From: an uncultured Gammaproteobacteria bacterium
Lineage (GTDB): Bacteria > Patescibacteriota > Patescibacteriia > UBA9934 > CAMTUG01
DNA length: 64,000 nucleotides
Assembly (NCBI GenBank): GCA_964588955.1
Contig: CAZPQJ010000003.1
Location: 42-64,041, forward strand
Reading direction: 5' to 3'
Made by a program: the position numbers and the translations under genes. This document shows, piece by piece, positions 18,197-27,290 of this stretch. The number at the start of each line of letters is the position of its first letter. Positions within the stretch are counted from its first letter, which is position 1. The notes below the pieces were generated by a model that saw only the letters and a list, made by a program, of their open reading frames with translations, did not search any database and was not told the DNA's origin.

Positions 18197-19810
18197 TTAA
18201 TAGCCAAGATGTTTGAGTGCTGCTTCCGTACGGTGAAAGACGAGCTGCTGTTTTTCTAACAACCGAAATCCCTTACTCTCCTCCAGATGTTTTTGTATGA
18301 ACGGGCTCACGCTGGAAATAAGAACATCTTTGCCCTGGGCGTGTATTCCCTCAATGATTTCATCTAAGATGTCCACGCCGTCGAGATCAATAAAGTAAAG
18401 CTCCCGTAAACGTAGGACGATATGTTTGTAGCCGTTTAATTTAGAAAGGCGTTCCAAATGCGCGCGGCCGTTGATAAAGGCGAGCTGACCTTTGATGGAA
18501 TAGACAAGCGTTTGAGCGTGTTCCGGAATGTTCGTGATGTCATCACTGGTAGCCTTTTTGAAGTCCTTTCGCTCAGCGTCGTTGATGATGAGATCAAACT
18601 GACCGTGAGATAGACGTTCAATAAAGATCATGAGCGTAATGGCGGTACCGAACAATATTCCGACGATTGGGTCAAGATAAACCGTTACCAACGCCACTAA
18701 AAGTGAGATGCCAAAGGAAAGTTTGTCGCGGCGGAACATGCGCACAAAATGTTCTCCCTCAACCATGCGTATTGCTACAAATACCAGGATGGCGGCAATG
18801 ACCGCCAGGGGAATGTAGGAGAACGAACGAAGAAAAACGAGAGAGATAAGGGCGATGCAGACACTGCTGATTCCGGCTGACACGCGGTGGTCGGCTCCGC
18901 TTTTAATGTTAAGCGACGTGCGTGCCAGCGCCGCGGTGGCCGGAATACCCCCCATAAGGCCAACGGCGATGTTCGCCAGAGCCAGGCCGCGCATTTCTTT
19001 GCGTTCATCGTGTTTGGTTTTGGTCATACCGTCGGCAATTTTCGCCGAAAGCATTGTTTCTAAAATCGCGACAACGGCGACGGTAAATCCTCCAATCAGT
19101 AATTGCTCATCCCACTGCCAGTGCGGAGGAATAAAGAGGACGGCATGGAGGTTAGAAAACTTTTGCCCCAGAGTCTGTATGGTAAGGGGAATCGTGCCGT
19201 TGGCGGTGAGGTATCCGAACAGAATACCAATTGGCGCGAGCAAAACAGCTCCCGGGATTTTTGGTACAAGACGCTGAAGAATGAAAAGTCCCACTAAAAA
19301 GAAAAGAAAAACAACAAACGTTGTCCATGATCCGGAACCGAGGTGTCGCAATGACTCTAAAAGATTTTCAACGAAGCGTTCGTGGGTGGCCAGTCCAGAT
19401 ATTCCCGTAGCAAAGTTTAATTGCCCTAAAGCGATGATAATCGCCACGCCAAGGGTAAAGCCATGCATCGCGCTTGCCGGAACAAATACCAAAAAGCGTT
19501 GCAGGTTGCCAAGGTAGGCGAGCAAGATAAATCCTCCAGCCACAATCGCAAGAAGGGCAAGGCTTGATTGGCCGTGGGCGATGGCATAGGTGGCTAGCAC
19601 ACCGGAAAGCGCGCCCGTTGGCCCAACAATATTAAAGTTGCTTCCGCCAAATAGGGCAGCGATAAGTCCTGCCCAAATGGCCGTCAAAATGCCGATCGTT
19701 GGGGTAGATTGAGAGGCGACGGCAAGGGAAACGGAAAGGGGAATGGAAACAAGGGAAACGGTCAATCCGGACTTCCAGTTTTGGCGTACGCGTGTGAAGA
19801 TGGTGTGCAT
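18197..19810 (-). CDS. SulP family anion transporter with STAS domain
   Basis: SGLTVSLVSIPLSVSLA, GGSNFNIVGPTGA, GGIPATAALART, STAS FIDLDG. Confidence 0.93.
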   Translation of the reverse strand: MHTIFTRVRQNWKSGLTVSLVSIPLSVSLAVASQSTPTIGILTAIWAGLIAALFGGSNFNIVGPTGALSGVLATYAIAHGQSSLALLAIVAGGFILLAYLGNLQRFLVFVPASAMHGFTLGVAIIIALGQLNFATGISGLATHERFVENLLESLRHLGSGSWTTFVVFLFFLVGLFILQRLVPKIPGAVLLAPIGILFGYLTANGTIPLTIQTLGQKFSNLHAVLFIPPHWQWDEQLLIGGFTVAVVAILETMLSAKIADGMTKTKHDERKEMRGLALANIAVGLMGGIPATAALARTSLNIKSGADHRVSAGISSVCIALISLVFLRSFSYIPLAVIAAILVFVAIRMVEGEHFVRMFRRDKLSFGISLLVALVTVYLDPIVGILFGTAITLMIFIERLSHGQFDLIINDAERKDFKKATSDDITNIPEHAQTLVYSIKGQLAFINGRAHLERLSKLNGYKHIVLRLRELYFIDLDGVDILDEIIEGIHAQGKDVLISSVSPFIQKHLEESKGFRLLEKQQLVFHRTEAALKHLGY

Positions 19811-19964
19811 ACAACTCGCTTAACTCGTAAAAACGTCGGTAGTGTACTCCTGGTTTTGCGGATGATCAAGAGAATGCGAAATGCTAGTCGTTTTTGTTAG
19901 CAACACAATGCGGTTTGACGTAGGTTCATTATTTCTGTTACAAGATGGTGAGCTTGGAGTGTCC

Positions 19965-20435
19965 ATGTCTGTTCGAGAAGGTTCTGTGCTGGCCATCTGC
20001 GTTGCAACGGGTGCTGGCAGGCCGATGATCTCTGTGAACGAAGTCAAGGCTATCGCTGGGGCGGGACTGGAGGGCGACCGTTACTGCGTCGGTAAGGGGA
20101 GCTTCAACAAGGGCGAGGTGGGTCGTCGACAGGTAACGTTCATGAATGGGTCCTTCATCGGCGGAAGTGGGTACATCTTCGGACAGACGCGTCGCAACAT
20201 CTGCGTCGGCGACGTCGAACTGATGCGCTGCATCGGCCACGAGTTCTACGTCGGAACGGTATTGTTTCGGGGTACCAAGTACTGCGAGCCGTGTTCGCGT
20301 CCCGGAACCTTGCTCCGCCTTCCCGTCGCGTTCGATGAAGCCTTTCACGACACCGGCGGCTTGGTCGCCGAAGTGCTCACGACGGGGATCATTCGCGTCT
20401 TCGACAAGGTGTACCCGCCGTCCAGGAGCTACTGA
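19965..20435 (+). CDS. MOSC domain protein (GC-rich, SD-led class)
   Basis: GLEGDRY, RQVTF, TRRNI, CEPCSRP, GGLVAEVLTTGIIRVFD; GGAG-TGTCC-ATG. Confidence 0.85.
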   Translation: MSVREGSVLAICVATGAGRPMISVNEVKAIAGAGLEGDRYCVGKGSFNKGEVGRRQVTFMNGSFIGGSGYIFGQTRRNICVGDVELMRCIGHEFYVGTVLFRGTKYCEPCSRPGTLLRLPVAFDEAFHDTGGLVAEVLTTGIIRVFDKVYPPSRSY

Positions 20436-20558
20436 CCAACGTGTCTCGTTAGCATTCTCTTCTCGCCCCGCGCGGCATGAACACACAGTTCTGCCGCGCT
20501 TCGTCTTTTCTGTCCAAGCCTCAGTAAAACTGCTAAACTGAAATGACAAAATACTTCT

Positions 20559-21617
20559 ATGCAAATGAATAAACAGAACTGGTTGGCCGGTTTAGGAATC
20601 ATAGCTGTGTGCGCGCTTGGGGTTGCGGGTGGGTATGTGGCGTATCAAACACAGATGCCGACGACGATAATTGAAGACAACGCCACAGAAAACACCACGC
20701 CGACGACGGCAGTCAATCAACAAACCGCTAGCAAATTGTGCGGTGATGGGATGTGTGATGCTATCGAAAGCGCGCGTGGAATTTGTCCAAAAGACTGCAC
20801 AACGAAGGATGCCGCCTCGGGCTTTACCAACGGAACGGAAGCGAACACTTATTACGTTGTCAATCCCACGTCGGGGAGCAAGCTGTACGCCTGGGTGATG
20901 TATCCAAGCAGCAAAGAAGGGGACACGAGTTTGCCGCCGATTGTCCTTATCCCCGGATCGACAGAAACCAGTGACGGTTTTACGGCGGGGGAGCGAAAAG
21001 ACGCCCAGCCAATCGCTGACGCGGGTTTCGCCGTGTATGCCTTTGATCCTGAAGGGCGCGGCAAGAGCGAGGGGGAGGAAGACAATAATGGATCTATCGG
21101 CCAAGATGGTTTGGGCGAGATCATCAATTTTGCCTCCGCCCAGCAATCGCAACAAGCTGTCGGCGTGATCAGTTTCTCTTATGGCGTGACCATGGCTACA
21201 GGCGCCTTGGCACGACATCAAGATTTACCCGTAGCATTTCTCATCGATTGGGAAGGGCCGGCGGATCGTAACGACACTGGCGGTTGTGACGCCGATGACA
21301 CGGGGCACATGAAAGATGTGGGCTGTACTAACGAAGCATTTTGGAAAGAACGCGAGGCGATCAACTTTGTGGATCAGCTCACTGTGCCGTATTTGCGCGT
21401 TCAGTCACAAAAGGACCACTCGCAGCCAGACACCCTTTCTGCCGTACGTATGGTCAATGCCGCCGTGGCTGGAACCAGCCCGTGGGTACGATTGAACGAT
21501 GGCAAGGTCGACGCTACCTACAGCGAATCCGCTCCGCCGACCATGCTACCGGAAACATTTGATCGGGTCGTTATGAAACGTCTCGGTGCCTACGCTCAAG
21601 AGATGTTCGCTCTTTAG
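20559..21617 (+). CDS. Membrane-anchored alpha/beta hydrolase
   Basis: TM, CGDGMCD..E....CPKDC Cys motif, FDPEGRGKSEG, GVISFSYG nucleophile elbow, C-terminal KDH. Confidence 0.8.
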   Translation: MQMNKQNWLAGLGIIAVCALGVAGGYVAYQTQMPTTIIEDNATENTTPTTAVNQQTASKLCGDGMCDAIESARGICPKDCTTKDAASGFTNGTEANTYYVVNPTSGSKLYAWVMYPSSKEGDTSLPPIVLIPGSTETSDGFTAGERKDAQPIADAGFAVYAFDPEGRGKSEGEEDNNGSIGQDGLGEIINFASAQQSQQAVGVISFSYGVTMATGALARHQDLPVAFLIDWEGPADRNDTGGCDADDTGHMKDVGCTNEAFWKEREAINFVDQLTVPYLRVQSQKDHSQPDTLSAVRMVNAAVAGTSPWVRLNDGKVDATYSESAPPTMLPETFDRVVMKRLGAYAQEMFAL

Positions 21618-21634
21618 TGAAGCGAAGGAGGATT

Positions 21635-22708
21635 ATGGTTTTTCACCGCTTACGGGAAAGTAAAACATTTAAACGCGTGACGGCTTGGACCAAGCGCCAT
21701 GAGCGGCTGTGGATTCCGCTCATGCTCGTGGGTGGACTCTCTGCCGACGTCATTCAGTTTAGCGCACTCAACATTGAGGAAAAGTTCGCCATCATGGGGT
21801 TGTATTTGGTGGTGTCCACCGGCACACTGCTCTTAATGTTCTACCCCAAAGCAGGGGAGACGCGCGGATTGCGCAGTTTGCGTTTGGCCTCGCCGTTCGC
21901 ACATCAATTCGCCGTTGGTGGTTTGCTCTCCACCTCGTTATTGTTTTATTGGTTTAGCGGAGACATTTCCGTAAGTTGGCCAATCATTTTGTTGGTAGTA
22001 GTGTTCATGCTTTCCAACGAATTTTTTCGTAAGCACTTTTTGCGTCCTACGGCGCAGGTTGGTGTGCTCATGTTTTCGTTGTTCTCGCTCACTGCCGTGT
22101 TATTTTCGTTTGTTTTCAACTCGCTTGATCCGCTGGTGTTTTTCTCCGCTGGTCTAGCTAGCTTAGTGTTCATGGCGGTCTTTACGATGGCGTTTGCGCG
22201 TGTTGGTCAACTTGCCCACCGACGCAAGCTCATGTTCTCCACAATCCTTGTTGTTTTTGGACTCATGAACGCGGCTTACTTTTTGAACATCATTCCTCCG
22301 ATCCCACTTTCTATTCGTTCTGCCGGTGTCTATCACACCGTGGTGCGTAACGGTCAAACGTACGATTTGAGCGGGGAACCAGAAACCTGGTGGCAAAAAC
22401 TTCTTCCCGGCCAAACGATCCATGTTCGTCCGACAGAATCGCTCTATGCCTACAGCGCCATTTTTGCTCCCGCGGATTTGTCCACGACGATCGTTCACGA
22501 GTGGCAGTATTACGATGCCTCGACTAAGGACTGGAAGACGGCAGCAGTGCTGTCGTTCTCCATCAGCGGTGGTCGAGACGACGGCTATCGCGGGTACAGC
22601 AAAAAGTCGCACCTCACTCCCGGCAAATGGCGGGTCAACGTAAAAACCACCCGCGGGCAAGTGCTGGGTCGTATTCCGTTTACGGTTGTAACACAAGAGG
22701 TGCTATAA
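21635..22708 (+). CDS. DUF2914 membrane protein
   Basis: IIPPIPLS, AIFAP..L.T.IVHEW, ISGGRDDGYRGYS, GKWRVNV. Confidence 0.88.
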   Translation: MVFHRLRESKTFKRVTAWTKRHERLWIPLMLVGGLSADVIQFSALNIEEKFAIMGLYLVVSTGTLLLMFYPKAGETRGLRSLRLASPFAHQFAVGGLLSTSLLFYWFSGDISVSWPIILLVVVFMLSNEFFRKHFLRPTAQVGVLMFSLFSLTAVLFSFVFNSLDPLVFFSAGLASLVFMAVFTMAFARVGQLAHRRKLMFSTILVVFGLMNAAYFLNIIPPIPLSIRSAGVYHTVVRNGQTYDLSGEPETWWQKLLPGQTIHVRPTESLYAYSAIFAPADLSTTIVHEWQYYDASTKDWKTAAVLSFSISGGRDDGYRGYSKKSHLTPGKWRVNVKTTRGQVLGRIPFTVVTQEVL

Positions 22709-22717
22709 TTGATTTCT

Positions 22718-23233
22718 ATGATCGTTGGATTATTACATCGCCGCGGAGTGAGAATGTTTGTCGGTCTTTTGCTGTTCGCCTGCGTGTTCCTTGCCGGGTA
22801 CGCGATTGGTGCGGGCAAGGTGTCTGTTCCTCAAGTTGTGTCCAATGATCCTCTCGTCGAGATTGCTTATTCCGGAGGATGGATCGATGATCCTGGCAGC
22901 GCGGTCGGCTTTGTCCGTTTGTATCCAGACGGCACGCTGTCTACGATTACTCGTGCTGGAGATGTGAAATCCACCACCACGGTCGATCGAGCCAACGTCC
23001 TCCTTCTCCAACAGCAACTCGACGATCTTGATCCGCAGTCGGCCTTTACCAAAAAAGATCGAAGAATGTGTAGTAGCTTTACCGACGGTGTCGACACGGA
23101 GATGCGTTTGAGAACGTCAGACGGCCAGGAATCCTCTTATTCCGATTGTGACTATACGTTCAACGTTGATGATCCGTTTATCCATTCGGTGTACCGCATT
23201 GTTCTCGGGTTTACGTTTGAGACTGCAGACTAG
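22718..23233 (+). CDS. Hypothetical exported protein (start uncertain)
   Basis: Hydrophobic N-terminus followed by a soluble domain. Confidence 0.7.
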   Translation: MIVGLLHRRGVRMFVGLLLFACVFLAGYAIGAGKVSVPQVVSNDPLVEIAYSGGWIDDPGSAVGFVRLYPDGTLSTITRAGDVKSTTTVDRANVLLLQQQLDDLDPQSAFTKKDRRMCSSFTDGVDTEMRLRTSDGQESSYSDCDYTFNVDDPFIHSVYRIVLGFTFETAD

Positions 23234-23249
23234 TTTCTAAGTTTATCCT

Positions 23250-23879
23250 ATGTGCTTCTCCGCCACCGCCAGTTTTGCCGCCGCCGGAACGCTGTCGATC
23301 GCTGGCATTGTCGCGATGAAATACGCGGGCAAGTCGAGCAAGCGCTGGTACGCCGCCATTCCGCTGTTATTTGGCATTCAGCAGGCGATTGAGGGCATCG
23401 AGTGGTTGCTGGTAAAACCAAGCCCAACCTGTAACGCCTTCGGCTACGGGTTTTTATTTTTCGCCTTTTTGTTGTGGCCTGTTTATATTCCCTTTGCTGT
23501 TTGGATGATGGAGACGGTGGCTTCGCGCAAGCGGTTGTTCAAAGGAATCACGATTTTAGGAGCTGTTAGCAGTTTCGTTTTACTCGGTGCCTATCTTACC
23601 TACCCGTTGACCGTAAATGTGCTTGGCCATCGCTTGGATTACGCCATCGCTGTTCCTTGGCAAGCGGTGGGTGTACCGATATATGTGTTTTGTGTTTGTT
23701 CGGGAGTTTTTTCTTCACGGCGATATGTTCGGATGCTTGGTTGGTTAGTATTGGCAGGGTTTGTATTAACGATGTTTGCGTATCGGTACGCCTTTACATC
23801 CGTGTGGTGTTTTTTCGCTGCGTGGATAAGTATGCTCGTGGTTTTTGATATTTATAACGACAAAAAGATAAAAGCATAG
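23250..23879 (+). CDS. DUF6629-like membrane protein
   Basis: MCFSATASF, IPLLFGIQQAIEG, FTSVWCFFAA. Confidence 0.85.
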   Translation: MCFSATASFAAAGTLSIAGIVAMKYAGKSSKRWYAAIPLLFGIQQAIEGIEWLLVKPSPTCNAFGYGFLFFAFLLWPVYIPFAVWMMETVASRKRLFKGITILGAVSSFVLLGAYLTYPLTVNVLGHRLDYAIAVPWQAVGVPIYVFCVCSGVFSSRRYVRMLGWLVLAGFVLTMFAYRYAFTSVWCFFAAWISMLVVFDIYNDKKIKA

Positions 23880-23942
23880 CCGCCCCGAGTGAGGAGCGGC
23901 CGAATCGACGCGGTGAGGATCTGGGACTGTAAGCGTTGGTTA

Positions 23943-24566
23943 TTAGCGAGCACGCGAAAGCCAGTCGTTGCGGCGGAGGATCTCGCCGTTAGCGTTGGCG
24001 AAGATCGGTCCATAGTCTGATCGGCCGGTGCGACACGTCCACATGGTTTCATCCGGATCGTGAATGAAACCCAGCAGTGTTTTCACCGCTTGCTGCCGAC
24101 GTCGTTCGCGCAACAGCCAGTAGAAGAGACCGTTGCAGACGAACGGTCCGGCGCAGCCGCTCTCCATGATGCCGAGTGTTTCTCCCGGCAAATGGAGAGA
24201 TTCAAGAAGCGTCTGCGTCATCCAGCGATGCTCCCAGCGGAGATCGTGACAGACGAGCGTTTCTTCGTCCGTGCCGACGAGCTTGGTGGACGGCAGGTTC
24301 CCATCCACATCCTTGAAAGTTCCCCCGCGGCGAGCCATCCGTTCCACGCCGATGAAGTGATGGTAGCCCTCGCCGAGGCCGAGGATGTGTCCGTACCTCC
24401 CGATGTCGATCTCGAGGCTCTCAAGCGCGTCCCAACGGACGGACAGGACGCGATGTTCCCACCCGAGTTCTTCCGCGAGGATGGTTCCGATGGTGGTGCT
24501 TCCGTTTGTGAAGTTTCCCCCAAACGGTTCGAAGGTGATGACTAGATTCGGCTTCGCTTTCTTCAT
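23943..24566 (-). CDS. Pyroglutamyl-peptidase I (C15)-like protein (GC-rich, SD-led class)
   Basis: TFEPFGG, GVERMA (Glu), AGPFVCN (Cys), GFIHDP (His); AGGAG-CAGTCTC-ATG; TTGACA-17-TTCAAT. Confidence 0.8.
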   Translation of the reverse strand: MKKAKPNLVITFEPFGGNFTNGSTTIGTILAEELGWEHRVLSVRWDALESLEIDIGRYGHILGLGEGYHHFIGVERMARRGGTFKDVDGNLPSTKLVGTDEETLVCHDLRWEHRWMTQTLLESLHLPGETLGIMESGCAGPFVCNGLFYWLLRERRRQQAVKTLLGFIHDPDETMWTCRTGRSDYGPIFANANGEILRRNDWLSRAR

Positions 24567-24686
24567 GAGACTGCTCCTAGGTCGAGCGGAATTGAAACAG
24601 ATTTTTCTTTGTTTGTCAATCCGCATTGTGTTTGTTTGTAATTGATGAAATACTATTTGTAGCCGCTTATTCACTAAACGTGTTTT

Positions 24687-25166
24687 ATGCAAAAGATTGT
24701 CAGTTTGTTGTTCGTCTCGGCGTTGTTCCTTGCCGGTGCGGGATGCGTGAGTGGAGTGAATACAACGCTTAATACGTCCGCGGATGTAAATACAGACGCA
24801 CAGACAGGCGCGGGTTCAACCGACGCAAATTCTGCGGCCAACACGGGCGCCAGCGCGGGAGCCAATGTTTCCGGCTCTGCCGACATTAAGGTACCTGTCC
24901 CAACCCCGGCGGTAACGATTGGTAACGCAGTGAGTATTAAGGGCTACGCTTTCGATGTGGCCACTCTCTCCACTACGGCAGGCATGACGGTTGTTTGGAC
25001 CAACAACGACTCCGTCGCCCATTCAGTCACGGCCGTGGATGACTCCTTCGACAGCGGTTTGATCTCTGCTGGTCAAACCTATAGTCACACCTTTAGTAAA
25101 GCCGGGACGTTCGCCTATTACTGCAAATACCACCCGTCGATGAAGGGGGTGGTGGTAGTGAAATAG
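24687..25166 (+). CDS. Cupredoxin (plastocyanin/amicyanin-like) lipoprotein
   Basis: LAGAGC; WTNND..AHSV; YYCKYHPSMKG type-1 copper ligands. Confidence 0.9.
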   Translation: MQKIVSLLFVSALFLAGAGCVSGVNTTLNTSADVNTDAQTGAGSTDANSAANTGASAGANVSGSADIKVPVPTPAVTIGNAVSIKGYAFDVATLSTTAGMTVVWTNNDSVAHSVTAVDDSFDSGLISAGQTYSHTFSKAGTFAYYCKYHPSMKGVVVVK

Positions 25167-25175
25167 TCATTCGCT

Positions 25176-26564
25176 ATGGCCAAGAGACCGCTGCCATCCT
25201 TTGCCCTGCCGCTCGCTGTAATGCTGGCGGCGGGGCTTTGCGTTGGCGTGGCATCATTGACGTGGGGCGTACTTTCGTTAACAGAGCATCGTGAGATTTC
25301 ACTAACGGGCGCGGCATCTGACGAAGTCGCTGAAGCCGGTACGACCGTTGAAACGCGTCTAGAAACAGACGAGGTCGGATCTGTCCTTGTGCAAGTCACG
25401 TTGCCAACGCGGCCGCGTTTTGCCGAAGGAGCGCCGGTGGTCGTAACCGTGCCGACGTTTTTTACGCCAGATGTGGAAGGTTTTCATCCACTGCAAGGAT
25501 TGGATGATGCGGGCATTATTTCGTTAACCCTTATGTATCCAGGGCGATCGGACGGTGCGGGGCAGGCGAGTGATGGGGAAGATGATTTCGGCGGAGCAGA
25601 TTCTCTCAAAGCTCTCCGCGACGTGATTATGTTTGCTCTTGGGAAAAAGACCAATACTAATGGAAAAACTTTGGCTGAACTTTCCGCCGTGCCACCACTC
25701 TACTCCGACGTCGGCTTGTACGCCTTTTCGCATCCAGGCATTGCCGCTACGGCTGTGCTCGCGACCTATGCGGATGATTTACAAGGAGTGAAGTTTTTTG
25801 TGGGCAGAGAAAATCCTACTCTCGATTTACTCTCTACCATGGAACTTGGGCATTGGGAGTCTGTGGCGGGGAAGAAGGTGGCTATGAATAATGCGCTTTA
25901 TCGTTATTCAGAAGATTATCATTCGACCTCCATTGATTTGGATTATCGATCGGTGCAATTTGATGCCAAGCAGGAGGTGCCGTTTTTTGATCTGAACGGT
26001 AACAAGAAAATTGATGACAGCGAGTATGTCTTGGGTAAAGAAGTGCCACGCATGTTTGGGAAGCGCTTTTATTCTCGGGCGTTGCTGCACGCGCTCGAAG
26101 ATAATGGTGCGCTCACGGCAAACACCTGGCCGAAGGATTTAGCTACGCCGCAAGAGGCGGATGCGATTTGGCCGAGTCGAGAATCAGTTGGATATTATTC
26201 GGCGTTATCGGCGTTAGATGATTTGTATGTAATGCTCGTATTCGCGCAAAGTGATCACGTGCAAACGCTTAAAGACAAGCCGCACGTGCACCAAGCGTTT
26301 GATGGTTTTACTTCTGTTGGACGCTGGGTGCGTTTGAATCCAGATAAGAGTTATGTATTGGCGGTGGATGCTAAGACTGGGGCTCAGTATGTGGAGCATC
26401 CAGCCAATGTGCAACCAAACGACTGGCTCTTGTTAGATGATTGGGCCTTTGTAAACGCCGGCGCGTCGAGTCAAACCGTGCCGTTGGCGGCCGTTCTTGA
26501 AATGGCGGATCGTGCTTACGCTAATCAATGGTCGGATGACTTGGAAGAAATCATTGGCCGATAA
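25176..26564 (+). CDS. Exported alpha/beta hydrolase-like protein
   Basis: TM; YPGRSDG..SDG.DDFGG; GLYAFSHPG; QSDHVQ; motif order matches 20559..21617. Confidence 0.7.
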   Translation: MAKRPLPSFALPLAVMLAAGLCVGVASLTWGVLSLTEHREISLTGAASDEVAEAGTTVETRLETDEVGSVLVQVTLPTRPRFAEGAPVVVTVPTFFTPDVEGFHPLQGLDDAGIISLTLMYPGRSDGAGQASDGEDDFGGADSLKALRDVIMFALGKKTNTNGKTLAELSAVPPLYSDVGLYAFSHPGIAATAVLATYADDLQGVKFFVGRENPTLDLLSTMELGHWESVAGKKVAMNNALYRYSEDYHSTSIDLDYRSVQFDAKQEVPFFDLNGNKKIDDSEYVLGKEVPRMFGKRFYSRALLHALEDNGALTANTWPKDLATPQEADAIWPSRESVGYYSALSALDDLYVMLVFAQSDHVQTLKDKPHVHQAFDGFTSVGRWVRLNPDKSYVLAVDAKTGAQYVEHPANVQPNDWLLLDDWAFVNAGASSQTVPLAAVLEMADRAYANQWSDDLEEIIGR

Positions 26565-26630
26565 ATTAGATAGAATCGTTTGTTAAACAACTTTTTCTCC
26601 TTCTTTCTCCTATTTTCTCTGTTTCTTTGC

Positions 26631-26660
26631 TAACCCGTTCTTGTTTGGGGGGTAGAGATA
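26631..26660 (+). promoter_or_regulatory. Candidate alternative-sigma promoter TAACCC-N11-GGGGGTA
   Basis: Same motif occurs upstream of degP (34343-34372). Confidence 0.45.
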
Positions 26661-26702
26661 GTTGAGACCGGTCTCAACCGTGCTTAACTCCTAACGATAC
26701 TT

Positions 26703-27215
26703 ATGAAGCAAATGAAGTATGCCCGTCGCGTGATTGCTGCCGCGGCGTTGATTGCCGCGCTCGGTGTGGGGGCGTTTGGAATCAATGCCACGCTTGCCGC
26801 AAGTAATGGAGAAAGCGATCGCACAACGCTTGTAGAAGCCATTGCTGAGAAGTTTAACGTCAATGTTTCCGATGTCCAGGCGGTATTCGATGAACATCAT
26901 GCTCAAATGCGAGCCGATTTTGAGACTCGAGAAGCAGACCGCTTGGCGCAAGCGGTAGAAGAGGGAAAAATCACCCAAGAACAAGCGGATCTGATTACAG
27001 ATAAGCGCGCGGAGATCGCCTCCTTCCGTGCTTCACTTAAAGACATGACTCCTGAAGAGCGTCGGGCAGCCTTGAAAGACGAAAAGGCAGAAATTAAAGC
27101 CTGGGCAGAAGAAAATGACATCCCGTTGAACGTTTTTCTTCCAGAATCATTCGGTATGCGTGGAAACATGCATGGAAAGGGAATGATGGGACACGGCATG
27201 ATGGGAAATCGCTAG
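26703..27215 (+). CDS. Exported helical protein with Gly/Met/His tail
   Basis: Signal peptide; LVEAIAEKFNV...RLAQAVEEGKITQEQAD; GMMGHGMMG. Confidence 0.8.
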   Translation: MKQMKYARRVIAAAALIAALGVGAFGINATLAASNGESDRTTLVEAIAEKFNVNVSDVQAVFDEHHAQMRADFETREADRLAQAVEEGKITQEQADLITDKRAEIASFRASLKDMTPEERRAALKDEKAEIKAWAEENDIPLNVFLPESFGMRGNMHGKGMMGHGMMGNR

Positions 27216-27290
27216 CCTTAATTTTGAACACAAACCCGCGCAACAAAAGCGCGGTTTTGTGTTATACTAAGGCGATCAAAATATCATTCT

